Source of the DNA: Eledone cirrhosa
Lineage: Eukaryota
Assembly (NCBI GenBank): GCA_964016885.1
Contig: OZ024747.1
Coordinates: forward strand, 15,810,001-15,874,000
Direction: 5' to 3'
DNA: 64,000 nucleotides
A program made the position numbers and the translations under genes. The first letter of the stretch is position 1, and every line of letters starts with the position of its first letter. The notes under the pieces were generated by a model, which saw nothing but the letters and a program-made list of their open reading frames with translations, did not search any database and had not been told where the DNA came from. Shown here one piece after another: positions 57,568-64,000 of the stretch.

Positions 57568-59652
57568 TTGCGAGGTTTTTTATATGAAATCGTGTGTCGA
57601 AACAGATATTGTTATACTTGGGGAGGGTCATATTTGCGTAATATTGCCAGAATTAATAACAGAACACACTCACTGTTTGGTTGGTTTTCGCTTCTCGCTG
57701 TCTTTTATTATATCTGCGATCTAACTTACTCGGTCCTCAATGTTGCCATTGACTGACCGGCGGTCAAAAATAATACAGATACAATATAGACACAAACACA
57801 TATATATATATATAGTTTACATAATTTACATAAATCTTTCGTTGCACATCTGCAACATCGTCAGTGGTGTTATATTCATTGTTCCTCCTGTTGTGTTGTA
57901 TGTCTACGCCATTTTTTTTTTTTGTTCAGTCTGTCTATATATTTATTTATTTATTTGCTTGTTTGTTTATCTTATTTTATTTTGTCTTCTTTGCGCATGC
58001 GTTTGCGTGTGTGTATAGTGTTATGTGTGATGTGTGACTAGTGTGTATAGTGTTGTGTCTGCTGGGTGACTAGTGTGTGTTTATGTGCTTGTTGTTATTG
58101 TGCTTGTGTATGTATTTATTTATCTTATTTTATTTAATTTTATTTACTTATTTATACTTCTCTTAGGTCAGTGTTGTTTGTTTGGGTGTTGTTGTTGTTC
58201 CACTCATTCTTTCTGTTTAGCTTTGGTCTTCTAATTTCTATTTCACTGGCCTCTCTGAATTGCCTATCTGCTGGGTCATTCCTATGTTTAGATATTATTC
58301 TAATTTCTATGTTGTCTATGTTACCGTCATGTTGTTGTCTAGCATGTTCGTATAGTACTGACCCGTTTTTTCGTCCTTTTAGTTCCCCCCAGTGTTGGTC
58401 TATCCTTTCACCTATACTACGAGCTGTCTCACCTATGTATGTTGTTGTCATGTTTCTGCAAGTACCCTCTGTACATCTTATGCTATAGACTACGTTTCTA
58501 GTTTTACAGTTTATCCGGGGGTTCACCTTACATATGATACACTTCCTATTAGTACAGTGGGTTTTCTTAAAAGGGTAGGTTTTGCTGATCAGGGATTTTA
58601 TGGTGGTTCCTGGCTTTCCTACCACCTTTATTTTTAAGTGGGTCTTTCTCAGGGCCTTTCTACACTGGTTAGCTAATTTCCCTCCAGGGGTGGCGTCCAC
58701 AAACATGACACTCTGATATCTCTGGTTGTCGTACCATGATGTGGCCTTCCCTATCTTATGTCTAGCCCTATCTAAGCTATTCCATGATTTGCTCCTGTAT
58801 AGTGGGCAGATTCCTTTCATGTCCAGTTCTATGAGGGTCTTATACTTTTCCATGGCTCCTTCGTATACTCTGACTCTGTCTCTTTGGTTGTAGCCAGAGA
58901 ACTGCATGCGGTTGATGAAGTGTTGGATGTGTCCTTCCATTTCTGTTGGGTCGCACATGCTGGACACATTCTTCATCACTCGTACCAAATCTGCGATCAG
59001 AATATTAAACTTAGCACTACTGGACATTGCTGAGTTTTTGAGTATCAGGTATTTGGAGGCCATGGGTTTAGCATAGTGTGAGTGGAGAATTTGGGCTCTC
59101 TCGTCTATAGTGTTAATCCAGAGTTCTGTGTCTAATACAGGTAGTCTATTGTTAGGGTGTTTGGAAGGGAAGTCTATAGTTACAGTTATACTCTGGTGTA
59201 TGGAATTAGCTATCTGCTGGATGCTTTCCATCGTGCTACGTTCTAAATCAAACTTGTTAGTGCTCTCTAGTGGGGGTGTTCTTATAACTATATTGATATC
59301 GTCTACATAACGAGAGTACATGATGAGGTCTATGGAGCTTTCATTAAGGAGATCTTTAAGTCTCCTTTCCCACCATACCATGAAAAGGTTGGCAACATCA
59401 CCAGCTATGCTGACACCGATGGCTGCTCCCTCATTTTGGGTGTAGATTTTCTCATTGAACTTAAATATGTGGCCCTTTAGGGTAGTTTTGATACTAGCCC
59501 CTATTGCATGTGCGACCATTTTTCTTACCTGATCAGTGTTTTGGGGGGTCCGTATGGCTTTGATCCACCCAATCCACCTTCCTATGGGAGTTTTTTTAGC
59601 CATTGAGGTTATGGTGGGGGGGGGGGTCTACCTCTTATAGGTCTACTAGGGC
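57565..59652 (-). mobile_element. Penelope-like element (family B), 5'-truncated
   Basis: Long ORF, 3' region with HHR-like core, (TA)n at both ends. Confidence 0.95.
58152..59603 (-). CDS. PLE RT (C-terminal half), thumb and GIY-YIG endonuclease; 483-aa open frame, N-terminally truncated
   Basis: GAAIGVSIAGDVANLFM, YSRYVDD, LPVLDTELW, CTNRKCIIC, NVVYSIRC...YIGETARSIGERIDQH, REASEI...PKLN. Confidence 0.9.
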   Translation of the reverse strand: MAKKTPIGRWIGWIKAIRTPQNTDQVRKMVAHAIGASIKTTLKGHIFKFNEKIYTQNEGAAIGVSIAGDVANLFMVWWERRLKDLLNESSIDLIMYSRYVDDINIVIRTPPLESTNKFDLERSTMESIQQIANSIHQSITVTIDFPSKHPNNRLPVLDTELWINTIDERAQILHSHYAKPMASKYLILKNSAMSSSAKFNILIADLVRVMKNVSSMCDPTEMEGHIQHFINRMQFSGYNQRDRVRVYEGAMEKYKTLIELDMKGICPLYRSKSWNSLDRARHKIGKATSWYDNQRYQSVMFVDATPGGKLANQCRKALRKTHLKIKVVGKPGTTIKSLISKTYPFKKTHCTNRKCIICKVNPRINCKTRNVVYSIRCTEGTCRNMTTTYIGETARSIGERIDQHWGELKGRKNGSVLYEHARQQHDGNIDNIEIRIISKHRNDPADRQFREASEIEIRRPKLNRKNEWNNNNTQTNNTDLREV

Positions 59653-59672
59653 AGAAACATCTAAGAAACATC

Positions 59673-59767
<95 letters not shown>

Positions 59768-59769
59768 TA

Positions 59770-61440
59770 TGAAAATAGGGACAAAAAACGATTAATGGGA
59801 AGAAAAGATATTTTGTTCCCTCTAATTTGTTTTCTCTTTATTTCTGGGTTAGAAAATGTTTAAAACAAAATATTTTACTTTGTATGAAGTGTTAAGGTAT
59901 TATTTAATTTATTTATTAAATAACAATGGCCTTTATTTATTTTTTTATATATTTAATAATTGTCTATTACCGGTTTTACCATTTTATGCATTACCAAAGG
60001 GGGAAATTTGTATTTGTGCAAAATGTTGGTGATGTTGAACATGTTAAGGAAATGGTGAAGAAAGAATAATGTTATTTACAAACAAGGTTTTTGAAGTGAA
60101 AAGAAAAAAGAAAAAAAAGGGAGTAATGTGGAACATGATAAGGTAATTGGAAAGAAAAGCTAATATTATTTACAGGTATAGTTCTTGAAGATAAGCAGTT
60201 CAAAATGTGTTATTAAGGCAAGAGTGCTTAGTTGATCTATGATGGAGGCAAATGGTAGTCTGGGGTTTGATATGATTTCCCTTTTTAGAGAGTTAATATG
60301 CAGGGTGAGGTAATTCAGGGTGGTCAGGTAGGGAAGAGAGAAATTAGAGGGGGTAATTCATTTATAAAAGAAAAAGGATTAAGTAGGGTGTGATGAAGGT
60401 AACTCTTTAGAGAACATAGGAATTTGGTTTTGGTTCATTGTTCTTTCCAGTTTTAGTTTAATCCGTAGTTTAGTCCATTAAGTAGAGGCTGGAGTTTGTT
60501 AATGAAGTACGTTTCCTTATTGGTACGATGGATGAATGAAGCGTTGTCTATGAATTTTAAATGGGGAAAATTTTAAAATTTGGATGATGGTTAGGTGTAC
60601 AATTGGCGATATGTTCAGTAAAAGCAATTTTTCTGTATTCCTGTATTTTGATTTGTGATCTATGGACGGTCATACGTTGTCGGAGGCTGTTTTCTGTCTG
60701 TCCTATGTAGTGCTCTTGACAACCTGAGCAGGTCAAAACATGGATTAGGTTTCAGATGCACATGTAAAGTTGTGTTTAACTGAGAAATGTTGTCCTTGTT
60801 TAAAATGGAATGTTGAACCTTCTATTAGATTTATGCATATGCCACAGTTAGGCCTTCCGCATTTTTTTACTGTACGGTTCATTGTGAGGGTTAGTTGGAT
60901 TTTTGCTTGTGTGAGGATGTTTTTTATGGATTTAGGTTGCCTTTTGCTCTTTATGATGTTGTGTGTTTGGAGGATTTTGTTCATTCTTGGGTCTCTTTTT
61001 AGTAAAGAAATGTTCTGGAGGATGGTGTCGAATGCCTCATTGTTGAGGGGGTTGTGTGTGGAGATGTATGGAAGAGTTTTCTGTTGCGGTTCATCCTGGG
61101 TTTGGGGTGTCTGAGTTCCTGGATGTTGAGTTTTAGGGCACGTTGGAATCCATTGTTGGTGGGTAGTTTCTGCTGATAATTGTGTTCTTTAATTCTTATA
61201 GTCATGTGTAGCATGTGTATTTATCTGAAAGTAATGTGCAGATCCTTCTGGCTAGGTTAGAAGGAATTGCCATTTTGGTATGGCGAGGGTGGCTCGAGTT
61301 GAATGGAAGATATTGTTTGGAGTCTGTGGGTTTGTAGTATATGTCTGTTTCTATGTTGTTGTTTGTTTTCTTGATGAGTATCTTCAAGAAAGGGAGTTGT
61401 TCATGGCTGTAATCCATTGGGAATTGTAAGTTTGTGTTGA
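59770..61440 (-). mobile_element. Degenerate Penelope-like element (Neptune-like Cys linker), 5'-truncated
   Basis: LPFLKILI...DIYYKPTDSKQYLPFNSSHPRH, RQPKSIKNILT, CGRPNCGIC, LTCSGCQEHYIGQT. Multiple frameshifts. Confidence 0.88.
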
Positions 61441-61797
61441 TATATATATATGTTGAAATTACATGAGAGATGATGTAATTTTATATGAACTAGAAATCTT
61501 CACAAATCAATACTTTAAGTTTCATGTTTTCGTACAACCAAATAGATATGTTCCGAAGACAACAATTAGAAAACACTGATTCGGTGTATCTTGCCCACAG
61601 ATTCTGATGCAAACGGTTTGGTGAAATTTAGCTCTTAACCAATTCAATTCTGAAATTTCTTCCAGGTAAATCATAATGTGCCACATGCTGACAATAATTC
61701 ATACTCTTCATTAGTAACTGCTTGGTCAAAAGGATAAAATATATATGTATCGCAAAACTGTGGTTTGACAACAACGTCATCTATAGAGTGTTCAAAG

Positions 61798-62001
61798 CAG
61801 GCAAGTCAAAATTGCGGCCCGCGGGCCGCATTCGTCCCTTTACAAGCCCATCTGCGGCCTGCAAAAAGTTTTTAGAGCGCGAGCATCTTTTATCTTGGTA
61901 AAATTAGTTGTAATGTGCGCAATTAATTGTCGTGTTTGGCCCTCAGACAACATATATGTGACCCTTGTGACCCTCGGAGGACCCTCAGTTTGACATGCCT
62001 G
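61798..62001. mobile_element. hAT (Charlie-like) MITE
   Basis: TIRs CAGGCAAGTCAAA / TTTGACATGCCTG, internal GCGGCCCGCGGGCCGC, imperfect 8-bp TSD GTTCAAAG / CTTTAAAG. Confidence 0.8.
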
Positions 62002-63564
62002 CTTTAAAGGATTAACGAAACACTATTCAATCACGTTTCTGCACTCATAAAATTCGTTGTTTTTATTATCTGGAGAATAGCTTTTCCCTGCGTTTGTCGA
62101 AGTATACTCTATTTTCAAAAGATTCCAGTTCAGCTCCAGTTATATAACATTGATGAATTTTAGGAAACGAGAGCCCCAAAAAATCTAGTACATAGTGCAT
62201 ATCGTTTCGATGTCTATTGTGTCTAAGAGAGGGATGCTTCTTTTTCTCCCAAAATGTATATACTTTAAACCAGAAATAGAATTTATTAGCAGATATACAT
62301 AGAGATTTTTATTTCCAATTCTTTCATCAATCAATGAATATAATGCTCCGAATTATTTTTCACGTGCCCAATGAAATAAAAGTTTATAAAAGGTATTGAC
62401 TGTCAAAACTACTAGATATCTAACTTGTTGACTGTTCAACGCGCTATCTGATTCTGGTTGTTTTTCAATGCTGAAATTCGTAAATAAATATTGTGTTGCT
62501 GTGTTCCGTCTTCCTGATAACGATTTTTCTGTTGCTTTTTGATTTCCCGGGCATTCTACAGTTTTAAAATAATATAACTTACTATATTTCTTTTGTCTTG
62601 TTTTTCAGTGGACCTCTAAATGTCGTATGAATAGGATATAAGTATCTTTAGTTTCTCCTCTTTTATATATTTGTATCAGATACGTTTAATTTACACACGT
62701 CTTTATATTTTATTTATCACCCCACTATTATGTTGTCGAATACCTCTTTCCCATTTCTTTACTAACTTTTATCATGTAAACATCCTTGTGTTTTGTTCTA
62801 TCTATATGTGCGCATCTCCGTAGGTATATGCATTTTTTACGAATACACATGTTTTGTGTGTATGCATGTTTTTAGATATGTTTTTTTTACGTATAGTGAC
62901 ATACATACTGACATCTCCTTACATGAACCGTTTGGGTAGAATTGTGCAAATTCTCTGAATATATATATATTTGGTTATCAATTAGAAACAACTCCCTGGG
63001 GTCATTTATTTCATTGGTCTTTTTGAGTTACTTCTATTAGCTAATTCTACTTTCAATTATGCAAATTAACAATAGCCATAAATCTAGTAGACACTTTTTC
63101 TATATTCAAGTATGTAAAAATCACATGATTGGCTATATTGAAGTGGTCCTTAAAAAGACGAAACCAGGCCTCCATAGTCCCTACAACTTTCAAACAAAGA
63201 CATTATCTTCGCTCTAGAATGCAAATTCACAGCGGTTTGTTCTAATTTTATATATATATTTTTTACTTATCTCCCTTTAACATGAGAGTCGATGGTAATT
63301 GGTTTCATATATTTTTTTCGTTCTTGGAAATGGTATGTCATTAAAATATGTTTAGTATTTGTGAATAATACATTTATTGTAGACGCTATATATTAGACCC
63401 TAACTTTAATTTAATTATCCAAATTCATACCAGTGTATCTTGACAATTATTTTCGTAGTTCGCTTTATTATACGATTACACAGGTCTACTCCTATAAACA
63501 CACACGCGCCGAATATAAATAGGAGTATGAGTGTGGGTGTGGATGCTGGTGTTTTTGTGTGCGA

Positions 63565-63639
<75 letters not shown>

Positions 63640-64000
63640 TGTGTGTGTGTCTGTGTGTGTGTCTGTGTGTATGTGTTTGTGTATATGTGTGTATGAGATT
63701 ATGTGTGCTTGTGTTTGTATGTTTGTGAGGAAATGTACAATAGAAATAAAGAAAGAATACGCGTGTATTATAAACGTTACAGATCACGATTCAAAGGTTT
63801 GACATCGGACTTATTCTAGCGCGGAAAAAATCGAAAACGCGAGACAACTGGCGCTTCTACTTGTGGGGAAGGCATGCTAACGTGGTTAATATGTAATGAA
63901 TGATAAATTGCTTTAAATCGACATTCGCAGAATTGACCAAAGAACTACAAGATCCACTGCCCAATCAAATTGTCTTCATTTTAAATGCAATGTATCGCCA

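Noticed and set aside
62590-62632. Host micro-exon (TTTTTCAG|TGGACCTCTAAATGTC|GTATGA)
   Set aside because: Splice-like motifs alone are insufficient, and there is no supporting gene structure.

Overview
AT-rich eukaryotic non-coding DNA, most likely octopus (inferred from a recurring tRNA-derived SINE family I recognise from Octopus genomes and from extreme (TA)n/(GA)n/(CA)n content). No host gene can be supported, and nearly all ORFs in the track are microsatellite artefacts. The window holds five Penelope-like element (PLE) bodies (RT plus GIY-YIG), fragments of RTE, Tx1/L1 and CR1-like LINEs, Helitron remnants, a hAT MITE and about a dozen SINEs. The main signal is a dense set of short inserts, mostly embedded in (TA)n, from at least 10 mutually dissimilar families. 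These carry type I hammerhead ribozyme (HHR) motifs (CUGANGA-stem II-GAAA-short, often palindromic stem III-UH) and are mostly built as head-to-head fold-backs whose two 3' ends point outward, often with TA microhomology at the junction. A near-identical 567-bp x 2.8 tandem insert has the same end architecture and may be a rolling-circle copy of a circular RNA. All coordinates and pairings were read by eye.
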